From: Octopus vulgaris
Lineage: Eukaryota
Assembly (NCBI GenBank): GCA_951406725.2
Contig: OX597816.1
Location: 27,342,001-27,406,000, forward strand
DNA: 64,000 nucleotides
Direction of reading: 5' to 3'
The first letter of the stretch is position 1. Each line of letters begins with the position of its first letter. Below are positions 39,034 to 52,689 of this stretch, piece after piece. The translations under genes were made by a program, and so were the position numbers. The notes beneath the pieces are model-generated. The model saw nothing but the letters and a program-made list of their open reading frames with translations, was not told where the DNA came from and did not search any database.

Positions 39034-39310
39034 AGTCGAATTTTTTATTATTTTGCTTTTTAAATCTATGCATAGAATTTTATTTTATTTTATTTTATTT
39101 ATTTATTTAATATTATTTCATCTAGTTTCAGCTAACGAGTTGTGGCCATGCTGGGGCACCGCCGGTTCGAACCCCTTACTGGCCATGTCGATTTTTTTAA
39201 TATATTGCTTTTTAAATCTACGCATAAAATTTTATTTTATTTTATTTATTTGTTTAATTTTATTTCATCAAGTTTCAGCTAACGAACTGTGGCCATGCTG
39301 GGGCACCGCC
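39012..39310 (+). repeat. ~150-bp tandem duplication: tRNA 3' arm, terminator and a retroelement tail
   Basis: 39012-39162 is repeated at 39163-39310. Confidence 0.85.
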
Positions 39311-39446
39311 ATTTGGTGTTGCTACATAATTTTACTTCACAAATGCTTTTTAGCTATTAACATTGGGTGCATGCGAGAGTTTGATGCAGCTGCCTTTATA
39401 TGGAACAAGGCATTTTAATTCGTCAAAGTTGGTGATATTTTTGAAT

Positions 39447-39957
39447 GTATCGCCCGGCGTTGCTCGGGTTTGTAAGGGAAATAACTATATAAGCATTTTT
39501 AGAGAGTTACTTCCTTTATAGATGCCAATTCGGGCTTTTTTAGCCATTTCTGTTTTGGTGTCTTCAAGCCATGAAGTCGTTGTTCTAAAAGAACGTTGGT
39601 CTCCTTGACAACGCATTACGACGTTGATTTCCTTACACTCCCTTCCCCACAGCTTCACGAGGGAGGGAAGAAGGGGGAGAAGCAAACACAGGTGCAGGTG
39701 TTTGAGCGTGGACGCCAACTCCGCCGCCATCGACACACGAAAAATTATGCATTAAAATGGAATAAAAAATGATGTTAAATTATTTTTAAAATCGTAGACT
39801 CATCGTAGACGCGCGCTAATAGCCAGACGGGCTTGATATTAATCACGACTATAAGATACCCGAATTTGGTTAAACTGCACCGCAAAATGTGGGAGGAGTT
39901 AGGAATCTAAATCGAAGGGGACAGACACTCACACAACTACAGTTTTATATATATAGA
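39447..39957 (-). mobile_element. Non-autonomous Helitron (terminal CTAG lost) with a distinct internal segment
   Basis: Both ends shared with 57338-57736; unique GC-richer interior at ~39520-39745. Confidence 0.8.
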
Positions 39958-40202
39958 TTTTTGGTTTCCCTCACAAATTCCGTTATTACTCTATCATCAC
40001 AGTTCGTACACCCTCTGGAATAGTCTTCATGTAAAACCAATCTAAAACCAATGTATATATCCCTATTTATCTAATCTTATTGTGAAAAGAGAACGAGGGT
40101 TTTCTCCGAAGTTTGTGATAAGGATCGGATGGATAAAGTATCATGGTTATTAAATAAATCAGGAGGATTTACTCATCTCTCCTTCTTAAATGGGTGAAGG
40201 TC

Positions 40203-40530
40203 ACAATTTCGATTCCCAGACCGGGCGTTGTGAGTGTTTATTGAGCGAAAACACCTAAAGCTCCACGAGGCTCCGGCAGGGGGTGGTGGTGATCCCTGCT
40301 GTACTCTTTCACCACAACTTTCTCTCACTCTTACTTCCTGTTTCTGTTGTACCTGTATTTCAAAGGGCCGGCCTTGTCACTCTCTGTGTCACGCTGAATA
40401 TCCCCTAGAACTACGTTAAGGGTACACGTGTCTGTGGAGTGCTCAGCCACTTACACGTTAATTTCACGAGCAGGCTGTTCCGTTGATCGGATCAACCGGA
40501 ACCCTCGTCGTCGAAACCGACGGAGTGCTT
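40203..40530 (+). mobile_element. SINE family C (tail type 2), 5'-truncated
   Basis: Near-identical to the reverse complement of 49355-49660. Confidence 0.88.
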
Positions 40531-40799
40531 CTTAAAAAGAAGGTCACAAAATGTTATTCATTAAAATGCAAACAGCACCCTTGACTGTTCTATTTGAGAA
40601 AGGTTGGAATCTTCTACTATAATAATCTACTATTATAATATTCTTGTGTATTTCTCTGTCACAGCATATGAATGAGAAAGGAAAGGATGATCCACCGATG
40701 GAGGTGGGCCGGTGAAAAGTCAAAGGTGAAACAAAAATCAAGCAGCGTTTCAACGCTGTGTGTGTATATTTGTGTGCGTGTAAAAGGGAGAAATGTGAA

Positions 40800-40848
<49 letters not shown>

Positions 40849-40898
40849 TTGTGTAAAATGTATTTATATATTTGAGTGAGTATATATTATTTGTGTAT

Positions 40899-41300
40899 CT
40901 CTTTCTTTCTTTTACTTGTTTCAGTCATTTGACTGCGGCCATGCTGGAGCACCGCCTTTAGTCGAGCAATCGACCCCGGGACTTATTCTTTGTAAGCCCA
41001 GTACTTATTCTATCGGTCTCTTTTGCCGAACCGCTAAGTGACGGGGACGTAAACACACCAGCATCGGTTGTCAAGCAATGCTAGGGGGACAAACACAGAC
41101 ACACAAACACACACACATACATATATATACATATATACGACAGGCTTCTTTCAGTTTCCGTCTACCAAATCCACTCACAAGGCATTGGTCGGCCCGGGGC
41201 TATAGCAGGAGACACTTGCCCAAGATGCCACGCAGTGGGACTGAACCCGGAACCATGTGGTTGGTAAGCAAGCTACTTACCACACAGCCACTCCTGCGCG
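40899..41300 (-). mobile_element. SINE family A (young subfamily)
   Basis: Full match to the family consensus. Confidence 0.92.
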
Positions 41301-41490
41301 AAGGTAATTTCTGACTAGTTTCGTCTCATTAAAATTTTTCAACGATACCTTATTCTTATTATCCAATCTATCAAGGTTAAGAAACATAAATCTACTTATA
41401 GAAATGAGAATGGGACCGACTAGTTTTGTTGGTTCCATTCTCATTAAAAACTTATCAATAATTGTCTTTTACCATCCAATCAACTAATGT

Positions 41491-41893
41491 TTGGTAAGTA
41501 GCTTGCTAACCAACCACATGGTTCCGGGTTCAGTCCCACTGCGTGGCATCTTGGGCAAGTGTCTTCTGCTATAGCCCCGGGCCGACCAATGCCTTGTGAG
41601 TGGATTTGGTAGACGGAAACTGAAAGAAGCCTGTCGTATATATGTATATATATATATAAGTGTGTGTGTATATGTTTGTGTGTCTGTGTTTTTCCCCCTA
41701 GCATTGTTTGACAACCGATGCTGGTGTGTTTACGTCCCCGTCACCTAGCGGTTCGGCAAAAGAGACCGATAGAATAAGTACTGGGCTTACAAAGAATAAG
41801 TCCTGGGGTCGATTTGCTCGACTAAAGGCGGTGCTCCAGCATGGCCGCAGTCAAATGACTGAAACAAGTAAAAGAAAAGAGTAAAAAGAGAGT
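41491..41893 (+). mobile_element. SINE family A (young subfamily)
   Basis: Match to the consensus; first ~15 nt missing. Confidence 0.92.
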
Positions 41894-42302
41894 CTTACAA
41901 TCTGCGTTTTGGCAATTCAGTTCTTGACCAAATCAAATACGGTTAAGTTCATTGAAAAGGACCAGTGCTTCGCTACATTTTGAAATGTAATAGAAATTCA
42001 AAAAGGTGGATTAACGAACAGATACAACCACCGAACAGCAATTTCCTTATTTCTTTATCATTTGTTGCTTTAGTTAAACTTAAATAAAAGATACCGATGA
42101 GAATAATCGAATTCTATAAATCTCAAAATCGGTGTTGTACAGACAAACTTATGAGGTAAAATGTGATCAAATTGGTCAATAAATCATAATATCTGTTATT
42201 TGTAGAAAACATTTAGTACAGATGAGCTTATTGGAAAGTTCTCAGTGAAACAATCTGCTTCTATTATCTAAGTAAAATCTGGTGCGAAAGATAGTCAAAT
42301 AT

Positions 42303-42533
42303 TCTCTTTTTACTTGTTTCAGTCATTTGACTGTGGCCATGCTGGAGCACCACCTTTAGTCAAGCAAATCGACCCCAGGACTTATTCTTTGTAAGCCTAG
42401 TACTTATTCTATCGGTCTCTTTTGCCGAACCACTAAGTTACGGGGACGTAAACAAACCAGCATCGATTGTCAATCGATGTTGGGGAGACAAACACAGACA
42501 CAAACACATACACACACACACATACACACACAC

Positions 42534-42604
<71 letters not shown>

Positions 42605-42771
42605 TACGTCTGGCTTCTTTCAGTTTCCGTCTACCAAATCCACTCACAAGGCTTTGGTCGGCCCGAGGCTATAGTAGAAGACACTTTCCCAAGGTGTCAC
42701 GCAGTGGGACTGAACCCGGAATCATGTGGTTCGTAAGCAAGTTACTTACCACACAGCCACTCCTGCGCCTA
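42303..42771 (-). mobile_element. SINE family A
   Basis: Full match to the family consensus. Confidence 0.9.
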
Positions 42772-42890
42772 TGAATGAGATTAAGTCAACATATCTCTGT
42801 TATTTTAGAAAAAATTAGTATGTTTAAGCTTTTTAAAAGATCATAATGAGTCGAATCTAATACTGAAAATTGCGTGAAAATTTGTTTAGT

Positions 42891-43487
42891 ATCTTTTATG
42901 TTTTACCTGTGTCAGTCATTAGACTGTGGCCATGCTGGGGCACCGCCTTCGAAATTTTAGTTGGATGAATCGGCCCCAGGACTTATTTTTTAAGCTTGAT
43001 GCTTATTCTATCGGTCACTTTTACCCAAGCGGTAAGTTACGGGGACGTAAATACATCAACACCAGTTGCCAAGCGGGGATGGGGGGAAAACACAGACAAA
43101 GACACACACACATAGATATATAATGCATAAAGTAATCCAAACAAGAAAGCACAAAAAAAAACACAACAACGCGAGGACGTGGAACAAATATAGTATTATT
43201 GGACGCTCAGGAAAGAAGGAAAGAAGGAGGGTTTAACGTTTCGAGTGGAGCTCTTCGTCGGAAACATAGGAGAAGGAAAGATCCAGAGAAGGGAAGACAG
43301 AGGGAAAAAAATCGCCAACGGTACACACGAGGTCACATATATACGACGGGATTCTTTCAGTTTCCGTCTACTAAATCCACTTACAAGGCTTTGGGTAGCC
43401 CGAGGGTATAGTAGAAGACACTTGCCCAAGGTGCCATGCAGTGGGACTGAACCCGGAACCATGTGGTTGGGAAACAAATTTCTTAAG
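42891..43487 (-). mobile_element. SINE family A interrupted at its internal microsatellite by a family H element
   Basis: 3' half at 42891-43120 and 5' half at 43338-43487. Confidence 0.75.
43131..43337 (-). mobile_element. Family H hammerhead element, copy 2 (HHR 43231-43265, CCGACGA core)
   Basis: Reverse complement of 14175-14388. Confidence 0.85.
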
Positions 43488-44277
43488 CAAAAGGTATGTG
43501 ACATTGAAAACAGTAAATAAACTTAAAAGGTGCAAGAAGTAAGGACAGTTCCAGATTTTGAGCGTTTCCGATGCAATACTAGTTTCAGTTCCACTTAGAA
43601 GTTTTTATAGCGTTTTTTTTTTGGAATAGCATTGCACAAGCTAAACATTTTCCAAGTCTCCAAAGTTTTGAAAGTATATTATTTTAGTGAAAAAAAAAAT
43701 CACCGTTTAGATACTGGCTTTTATGTCCAACTTTAGGTGCTAAAGGTATAATTTTCTATTCAAATTTAATGAAAATACTATTACTGTTTTAGAATAGAGT
43801 TATTCTTAGATTTAAAGAATAAATATGCCAATTTAAGTTCATTAATAGTCCGTTTTAGCTGACATTCACAAAATAGATTTATTCTTAGACCAAGAATTGT
43901 TTTCTATGTTTATTTTCGTACTAAATAGTAAAAATTAATCAATACCAACAATTAAAAGTTAAAATAAATAAACGATACGATGGCAATAATTTCTTCACGT
44001 CTTTGAAAAGCGTTGTCTGTAAAAAGAATAGACTAAATGAATAGACTATCAAGAAAAGTGCGGGCGCAGGAGTGATAAATGTCTTTAATTAACTGGACCG
44101 GTAAAAGTTCTGAACAAGAAGAAGCTTAAAGATATTGCTGCTGAAGTTGGAACTGAAATAAAATATAATTTGCTTTTGGTATCATTTTAAATGTAAACGT
44201 AAACCTCGCTCTCTCGAATGCGACTTTATCACGAAGAAAACTCGACATGGAACTACTTATATATATAAGTTTTAGTT

Positions 44278-44456
44278 ATGCGCCCTTTTCAAGCCTAGCC
44301 AGGCTCATGGGCCCAGTTTCCCGGTTTCTATGACATATGTGTACCTTTCCAGCTGGACGGGACGCCAGTCCATCGCAGCGTTACTCAAGAAACAGGAAGA
44401 AAGAGTGAGAGAAAGTTGGGGCGAAAGAGTACAACAGGGGTCACCACCACCCCCTC
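44278..44456 (-). mobile_element. SINE family C (tail type 1), 3' part
   Basis: Reverse complement of ~9675-9850. Confidence 0.85.
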
Positions 44457-44783
44457 GAAGATTTACAAACATACTTTCTCAGTGAAACTCAATATACCCA
44501 CCATTATAGATAATACCAAATGTACATTTTCGGATTTTTCATAATTTCATAATGTGATGTAATTCTTTGGTATAGCAACTGCATGCGGCTGAAGGGAGCT
44601 TTAAACCATCTGTTATGTCGATTACACATTGATGTAAGAATAGGTTGTTGTATAAAGCTTGAAACACGTGTACCGCGACATCCTTTGTGTTCTGTTTTTT
44701 ATTTCATTTGATGCATATACCCTCTCACCTCTGCTACTAGCTGGCATATACAGGTGCTTACACTTATCAAGTATTCACCCTGA

Positions 44784-44866
<83 letters not shown>

Positions 44867-44872
<6 letters not shown>

Positions 44873-45072
44873 ATCTCTTGAGCACCACCAGCAAAAAAAA
44901 AATTTTCCTCTGTCTTCCCTTCTCGGGATCTTTCCTTCTCCGTTGTTTCCGACGAAGAGCTCCGCTCGAAACGTTAAACCCTCCTTCCCTTCTTTCCTGA
45001 GCGTCAAATAATACTTTAATTGTTCCACGTCCTCGCGTTGCTGTGTTTTTTTCTGTGTTTTCTTGTTTGGAT

Positions 45073-45078
<6 letters not shown>
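44867..45078 (+). mobile_element. Family H hammerhead element, copy 3 (HHR 44945-44979, CCGACGA core)
   Basis: Colinear with 14175-14388; long (TA)n on both sides. Confidence 0.85.
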
Positions 45079-45143
<65 letters not shown>

Positions 45144-45526
45144 ACAAATACATACACATGCATATGTGTGTGCGCTTGTGCATGTATATTGTAAAATATA
45201 CATATAAAATTCATATTTACTGAATCTACTCTCTCACATCACTTCTGTTATTTGTGTTCTCTCTTTCACTTTCTCTCTCTCTCTCTCTCTCTCTCACTCG
45301 TCATTTCCCTGTCCGTTCGTTTATCCCAGTGGCTTTCTGCAATTGGCGTCTCGAAGAAGGGATATTCTCAACGATAATGGCGCGAAACTATTATGATCTC
45401 TTGGACGTTGACTGATGAAGAATATGTTTTGTTAGATTTTCCATTTGTTATGTTTTTATTAAATCCTTGAAATATATGTGTGAGTGTGTTGTGTGTGTGT
45501 GTTTGTGTAAGTGTACATATATATAT

Positions 45527-45756
45527 ATTTCTTTACTACCCACAACGGGCTAAACATAGAGGGGACAAACAAGGACAGGCAAAGGGATTAAGCCGATTAC
45601 ATCGACCCCAGTGCGTAACTGGTACTTAATTTATCGACCCCGAAAGGATGAAAGGCAAAGTCGACCTCGGCGGAATTTGAACTCGGAACGTAACGACAGA
45701 CGAAATACTGCTACGAATTTCGCCCGGCGTGCTAACGTTTCTACCAGCTCGCCGCC
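45527..45756 (-). mobile_element. SINE family B, full length
   Basis: TSD AAGTGTACATATATATATA on both sides. Confidence 0.92.
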
Positions 45757-45783
45757 AAGTGTACATATATATATATATATATA

Positions 45784-47064
45784 TTGGGTTGTCCGGAAAG
45801 TTCTGAGCGTCTTAAAGCTAAATCTTTTAACTCTTCATTGAACACAACTGAGATGTAACACAGTTGAAATTTTCGCGTTACTTGAAGTGGTAGTACATCT
45901 CTTCTTTGTTCCTGACTAAAAATAGATTTATCGTTCATTCCGGTTACCCACTATTGACATTTGAAATGGATAACCAAAAATTTCATATTCGCGTTGTAAT
46001 GCTTTTCTTTTTTAACGATGGAGAAAATACCGCAAAGACTTGCAAAAAACATTTGTGAAGTTTTCGGTCATGATGCTGTAGGTGAACCAACTGTTCGAAG
46101 GTGGTTTGCAAATTTTAAAGCTGGGGAGTTTAGCGTCGAAGACGACAGTCGCAGTGGAAGACCTTCAATATTGAATGAAGATGTTTGAAGGCAAATATCG
46201 AGGAAAGCTCAAATATCATGACTAGAGAACTTGCAGAGGAGTTGGAACTTTCTACAAGTACGGCTCATGAACACCTAGTGAAGCGAGGATAAATTTCTTG
46301 CTATAATGTATGGGCCGCCCACAAACTCTCAGAAAAGAATTGCTTGGACCAGTATTCCGTTTGTGATATACTTTTGAAACGGAATGGAAGTATGCCTTTT
46401 TTTAAACAATTTGTGACTGGAGATGAAAAATGGATAGTGTACGAAAACGTATTGCGAAAAAATCTTGGAGTTTGCGTAAGGATACCTCCAAACAGCAACC
46501 TAGGATGAATATCCATGCCAAAAAAAAATCTATGCTTCGTGTTTGGTGGAATCATAAAAGCATTATTTATTATGAGCTTCTCCACAAAACCAGAGCACTT
46601 ATTCTGATGTGTACTGACGTCAGCTGTCTAATTTGAACCAAAATCAAAGAATTTAGGCCGAAGATTACCAATACGAAAGGAGTGGTGCACCAACAAGACG
46701 ATGCCCAACCACATGTGTCTTTGGCTACCCGAACAATGTTACATGAACTTGGCTGGGTGCTTTTACCCCATCCACCATATCCTCCTGATATTGTAGCATC
46801 CGACTACCACTTGTTTTTGTCTCTACAGTACTAATTGCAAGGAAAAACATTTAACGATAAAATGGAGTCAAAATGTATCTAGATAAATTTTTTTTCTTTA
46901 CAACCAGTCAAGTTTTATGCTGAGAGAATATTTAATTTCCCTGAAATATGGGCAAAGGTCATTGAATAATGGAAATTATTTCATTGAATAAAATTTATTG
47001 AAAGGTCAATTATATTCCATTTTGAATATTAAAAAAAAACAGTCAGAACTTTCCGGACAACCTA

Positions 47065-47065
<1 letters not shown>
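45784..47065 (+). mobile_element. Full-length defective mariner (DD34D) transposon
   Basis: TIRs TTGGGTTGTCCGGAAAGTTCTGA / TCAGAACTTTCCGGACAACCTAA flanked by TA. Motifs RRWFANFKAG, TGDEKW, QDDAQPH and HPPYPPDIVASDYHLF; frameshifted. Confidence 0.95.
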
Positions 47066-47134
<69 letters not shown>

Positions 47135-47426
47135 TATTACAGATATAGGGTAAAGAATTATTAATTTAATAATTAATAAAGTTTACCAAGTAGCTTCGGT
47201 ATGGAAAAAGAACCATTATCGGTAGAAACCTTTACAAAAAGTTTTTTTTTTTATATATAATTATAAATATAATTAAGGGTTTAGCAACAAGTTGCTTCAC
47301 CACATACCGAAAATTTAGAAATAACAACCAAAGAAAGCTAATTCTTTTCACTACAGATATAACTCCACAGATAACAATATTTGTAACTCACATAGGTAAA
47401 AAGAAGAAAAAAAAAATGTATATATA

Positions 47427-47534
<108 letters not shown>

Positions 47535-48132
47535 CGCGCGTACACACACACACGCAGCATCTGATAGGGGTGCCCTGATTCGGGAGTTTCAGGGTTTTGA
47601 GAAGTGTGGAACCACTTCTTGGTCACTGTCGTTCTCAGTTCCACTCTGAGTTCCCTGAATAGTAGCACCTATCAGGGTCCCAGCATTGGGTTAATTAACA
47701 TATTAGGGCTTACCTACCGATGTATTTGAAGACTGGTTGACTCTGCAGAAGAGACCTTCGTGGTCCGTTGTAGGAGGAGGCAGCGACAGCAACGCATTAC
47801 GGAGTGCAGAGAGCAAGATGGGATAAGTAAGACACCTTGGTCATCTACTGCATCTGTCTCCACCCCCAATCGTCTTGACCTGTCACAGGTTTGAAGGTGG
47901 TCACAAATTGAGACCCGACTATTTCGTTCATCAACCTTAGCTTGTTAAACTAAATATCAGTCATAAACAAAGGTTGATGAAATCCATATACATTTCGTCC
48001 ACAATATTCGTTAGCTTGATCCGATGTTGGATATCGATTTCAAAGAAATGTGAGGGCAAACGGTGGAGCATCATTTAATAAAGTAAATAACTGTTACTCG
48101 CAAGCAAGGATGACTCGGTAGCATATTTTTTT

Positions 48133-48528
48133 CTTTTTTTTTTCTTTTACTTGTTTCAGTCATTTGACTGCGGCCATGCTGGAGTACCGCCTTTAGTCGA
48201 GCAAATCGACCCCGGGACTTATTCTTTGTAAGCCCAGTACTTATTCTATCGGTCTCTTTTTGCCGAACCGCTAAGTTACGGGGACGTAAACACACCAGCA
48301 TCGGTTGTCAAGCAATGCTAGGGGGACAAACACAGACACACAAACACACACACATATACATATATACATATATACGACAGGCTTCTTTCAGTTTCCGTCT
48401 ACCAAATCCACTCACAAGGCATTGGTCGGCCCGGGGCTATAGCAGAAGACACTTGCCCAAGATGCCACGCAGTGGGACTGAACCCGGAATCATGTGGTTG
48501 GTTAGCAAGCTACTTACCACACAGCCAC
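48133..48528 (-). mobile_element. SINE family A (young subfamily)
   Basis: Match to the family consensus. Confidence 0.9.
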
Positions 48529-48639
48529 TAATTATTTCTATGTAGTCACAGCTAGACATAGAAACCTTCCCGTCCCTCCCACACTTGACCTAACACAACA
48601 TCAAAGATAATAGCTGAACGGCTGGTAATTAATTTTCAG

Positions 48640-49053
48640 TGGCGAGCTGGCAGAAACGTTAGCACGCCGGGCGAAATGCATAGCGGTATTTCGTCTGCCG
48701 TTATGTTCTGGGTTCAAATTCCGCCGAGGTCGACTTTGCCTTTCATCCTTTCGGGGTCGATTAAATAAGTACCAGTTACGCACTGGGGTCGATATAATCG
48801 ACTTAATCCGTTTGTCTGTCCTAGTTTGTCCCCTCTATGTTTAGCCCCTTGTGGGTAATAAAGAAATAGGTATTTCGTCTGCCGTTATGTTCTGGGTTCA
48901 AATTCCGCCGAGGTCGACTTTATCTTTCATTCTTTCGGGGTCGATAAATTAAGTACCAGTTATGCACTGGGTCGATATAATCGACTTAATACCTATGTCT
49001 GTCCTAGTTTGTCCCCTCTATGTTTAGCCCCTTGTAGGTAATAATGAAATAGG
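48640..49053 (+). mobile_element. Dimeric SINE family B
   Basis: Full monomer followed by a second unit starting at GGTATTTCGTCTGCC; flanking repeat TTAATTTTCAG. Confidence 0.9.
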
Positions 49054-49354
49054 TGTTAATTTTCAGCTAAGTAGACTGCAACAACGTAAAATGAAATGCC
49101 TTGCTTAAGGACGCAATGCGTCGCCTAGTCCTTGAATCGAGCCCACGAATTTATGATCTTGAATCCAACGCTCTAACCACTAGATTACACGCCTTCAGTC
49201 AGACTTTAAGATTATTTACTAAAAATAAATAAATAAATAGATAAATAAATCAATATAAAAAAAAAGACGAGATGGTCACGACCATGACTAGAACGTCTTA
49301 GGCCTCAGGTTAGTTCGGTCAGGATTGACCAAGGGTTAAATAATTACAATGGAT

Positions 49355-49711
49355 GAGGTTTCCGGTTGATCCGAATCAACGGAACAGCCTGCTCGTGAAA
49401 TTAACGTGTAAGTGGCTGAGCACTCCACAGACACGTGCACCCTTAACGTAGTTCTCGGGGATATTCAGCTTGACACAGAGAGTGACAAGGCCGGCCCTTT
49501 GAAATACAGGTACAACAGAAACAGGAAGTAAGAGTGAGAGAAAGTTGTGGTGGAAGAGTACAGCAGGGATCACCACCATCCCCTGCCGGAGCCCCGTGGA
49601 GCTTTTAGGTGTTTTCGCTAAATAAACACTCACAACGCCCGGTCTGGGAATCGAAACCGCGATCCTATGACCACGAGTCCGCTGCCCTAACCACTGGGCC
49701 ATTGCACCTCC
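49355..49711 (-). mobile_element. SINE family C (tail type 2), with tRNA head
   Basis: Head GGAGGTGCAATGGCCCAGTGGTTAGGGCAGCGGAC..TTTCGATTCC; flanking repeat AATTACAAT. Confidence 0.9.
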
Positions 49712-50584
49712 ACCAATTACAATACTGTAACCACAGCTAAACCAACTAGCTACTGTACAAGAATACCTGATTTTGCTTTATTGGTTTCTGTATTTTATTC
49801 CACTTCGGTAATATTTCTTCATTTATTGATAATTCTTATCAACGAGGAAACAAAAGTTTGTTTTTTCGGTGCTCGTTTACAGGAACTCAGAGGATTTTCA
49901 CATGTCATTTAGAAATATTCACTTTTATCTGATCAAGACAAAAATATAAGAAGACAATAATTTCTTTCTTTCTTATCTCGCTGGCAATAATTTACTCAGC
50001 TTTAATTTTCTACGCCAAATATATACAAAGTAACCAAATCAAGCAATTTCTATTCTCATGTTTGCTTACCAAAACTTGCGCCGTTGTAGAATAAACACGG
50101 ATTAATCTACCTCATTCTTCTTCTCTTTCTTACTTCTACTTTACGTAGATTTCTTCTAAACATTGGAGTAGTTAATGTTCTTGTTCTTCACTTGTTTAGT
50201 TAAGATAATTTTTTTCTCATTGCAGGAGGGAGTGGAGTGTCCTGATATTTTTCAGGGACAACGAGAATGGAGGGAAGAGGGCAGGACGGGACGAAGTTAT
50301 TCCCCGACTGAGGAGCTAGTACCAAGGATATCAACAGAACAGACTGCATTAAAGTCCCACCCGAGGTGGTAAAACAGAATGGACTGCAGGACTGCAGGAC
50401 TGCATTAAGGCCCCACCTTTTGCTTTAGCGCAATCCATTCTTCAGGTGATGGCCTTAAACCGGTGGACAGATTAAACGATTAAATTCAATGTTGGTTTCA
50501 ACTTTTGGCACAAGGCCAGCTCTTTCAGAGAAGATGATAATTCAATTACATCGATCTCACTTTTCAACTGGTAATTATTTCTCA

Positions 50585-52270
50585 AAGGATATAGGGCTGG
50601 ATGAAGAGAAATGTTGCTATATGGTTGTGAAAAGAGAGAAAACTGTAAACCAGACTAGCAACATCCCCATCAATGACTTAACTCTTCCCTTGTGTCTGAT
50701 GAGGAATGTTATAGGTATCTAGGGGTGGATGACGACATATCCTGCAATGACACCTGTAACAAAACACATATCACTAAAGAATATTACTGCCGAATAAACA
50801 AAATTTGGACCTCAAAACTTTCTGCATTCAATAAAACAGTGGCCCGCAATATGTTTGCTGTGCCGGTACTCACACCAACATTTGGACTGCTTGGTTGGAC
50901 GCTTGATGAGATCTGAACCATTGATGTGAAAACCTGGAAGATACTAACAAGCACACATAATTTCCACATAAGCAGTGATGTAGGCAGCCTCTACCTAAAG
51001 CGAAAACCTAAGGCGGCAGAGGTTTAACATCGATCCAAACTTCCTTTGAATGTCGTATCATATCCCTTCGGTAACATCTTTTAACCACCAAGTGTCGAAG
51101 TGCATCTTAAGAACCAAGTTTGCATACATGAGGCTGATAACATCATAAGACTTGAAAAGCAGCTCCTAGAGTAGCGTTCCTTGTCTGATAACCTTAAATG
51201 CATGCTTAAAGAAGTCGCACGACTCTATCGCAATATATTATCAGATGGAAGGATGAGCGTATATGTGTAGAAGACCGTAAATGGATATGTTAGAAAACTC
51301 CGAGATGATAGTAACATTGATCACCAAAGCAGTCTATCATGGACCAACAACCGGATTACTACATCCCACTTTGAAGGGTATGCGTTTGCAATCCAGGAAC
51401 CGGAAATATCAACCAAATACCTGATGCACAAAAGGGATGGAGATGCGGGAGAAGCCGTAAAATATGACAACCGAAGCAGACTTTATGGAGTTAATACCGA
51501 AGATATCACCCACATCATTAGTAGTTGTCTGAAAATGTGATCACGGTATTATCTACCGATGAGACATGACGTTGTAGCTAGGACACTCTATAATGAAATC
51601 TGTCGGAAGGATAATCCCGAGGACAAAGAAATAAAATCCCTCAATATGGTAGAAACCATAGCCACTCATAATGAAAAGGAATACTGGTGGAACGTACCAG
51701 TGAAGACCTCAATAAAATGTGAGCATAACAGACCTGATATAGTGATTTGGGAAAGAGAAGAGAAACTGCACAATTGTGGAAATTAGCTGCCCTGCGGCTG
51801 TTAACATAAAGCTGAAGATCAGTGAAAGAATGAACACTTATGCTGAACTATTGAGAAATCTGCAGTTACTCTAGTTGGATTACAAGTTCAGGTTTATACC
51901 TGTAATTATTGGGGCCTTGGGATATGTAACACTCTGCCTAAATACCACTCTTGAGAATTTAGGCTTCTCAAAACCAGAAAAGGAGAAAGCTAATTCGAAG
52001 ACTATAGATTCAATCCATCACTATAACTTTAAAAATCTGTAAAACTTTCCATAGTTTATCATTTAAACATATATGAGCGTGTCTAGATACGTAACTATAT
52101 ACATGAAAAGACATACATAAAACATACAAATCTGCATGTATACATACATGCATGCAAAAATACTCGTTGATGTTGTTAAAATTTCAATGAAGGAGCCTTG
52201 GCTCTAGGTTAGAAACCGATTCTTTCTCTATTAGCAAAAAATCTTGAAATAAAACTGAATAATGACATTC
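50585..52270 (+). pseudogene. 5'-truncated R4/Dong-type non-LTR retrotransposon (RT C-terminus, CCHC, restriction-like endonuclease, 3'UTR)
   Basis: YRYLGV, N.FAVPVL...FG...WT, LYLKR..GGRGL, EGYAFAIQE, EDITHIISSC, RHDVVAR, NRPDIVIW, EISCP and IPVIIGALG. The 3'UTR ends in AATAAAACTGAATAATGA, then (TACA)n. Confidence 0.9.
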
Positions 52271-52344
52271 ATACATACATACATACATACATACATACAT
52301 ACATACATACATACATACATACATACATACGTACGTACATACAT

Positions 52345-52552
52345 AATGTGACCTCGTGTGTACCGTTGGCGATGTTTTTCCTCTGTCTTCCCTTCTCTGG
52401 ATCTTTCCTTCTCCTATGTTTCCGACGAAGAGCTCCGCTCGAAACGTTAAACCCTCCTTCTTCCCTTCTTTCCTGAGCGTCCAATAATACTATATTTGTT
52501 CCACGTCCTCGCGTTGTTGTGTTTTTTTGTGTTTTCTTGTTTGGATTAACTT
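52345..52552 (+). mobile_element. Family H hammerhead element, copy 4 (HHR 52418-52452, CCGACGA core)
   Basis: Colinear with 14175-14388; inserted in (TACA)n. Confidence 0.85.
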
Positions 52553-52689
52553 TACGTACATACATACATACATACATACATACATACATACATACATACA
52601 TACATACATACATACATGCATACATAATTGTATGCACAGATACATACGTACATACATACATACATACATACATACATTATATCCGACTT

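Noticed and set aside
45340-45425. CTCGAAGAAGGG..CGAAAC and CTGATGAAG motifs
   Set aside because: Stems do not pair; too degenerate to call.
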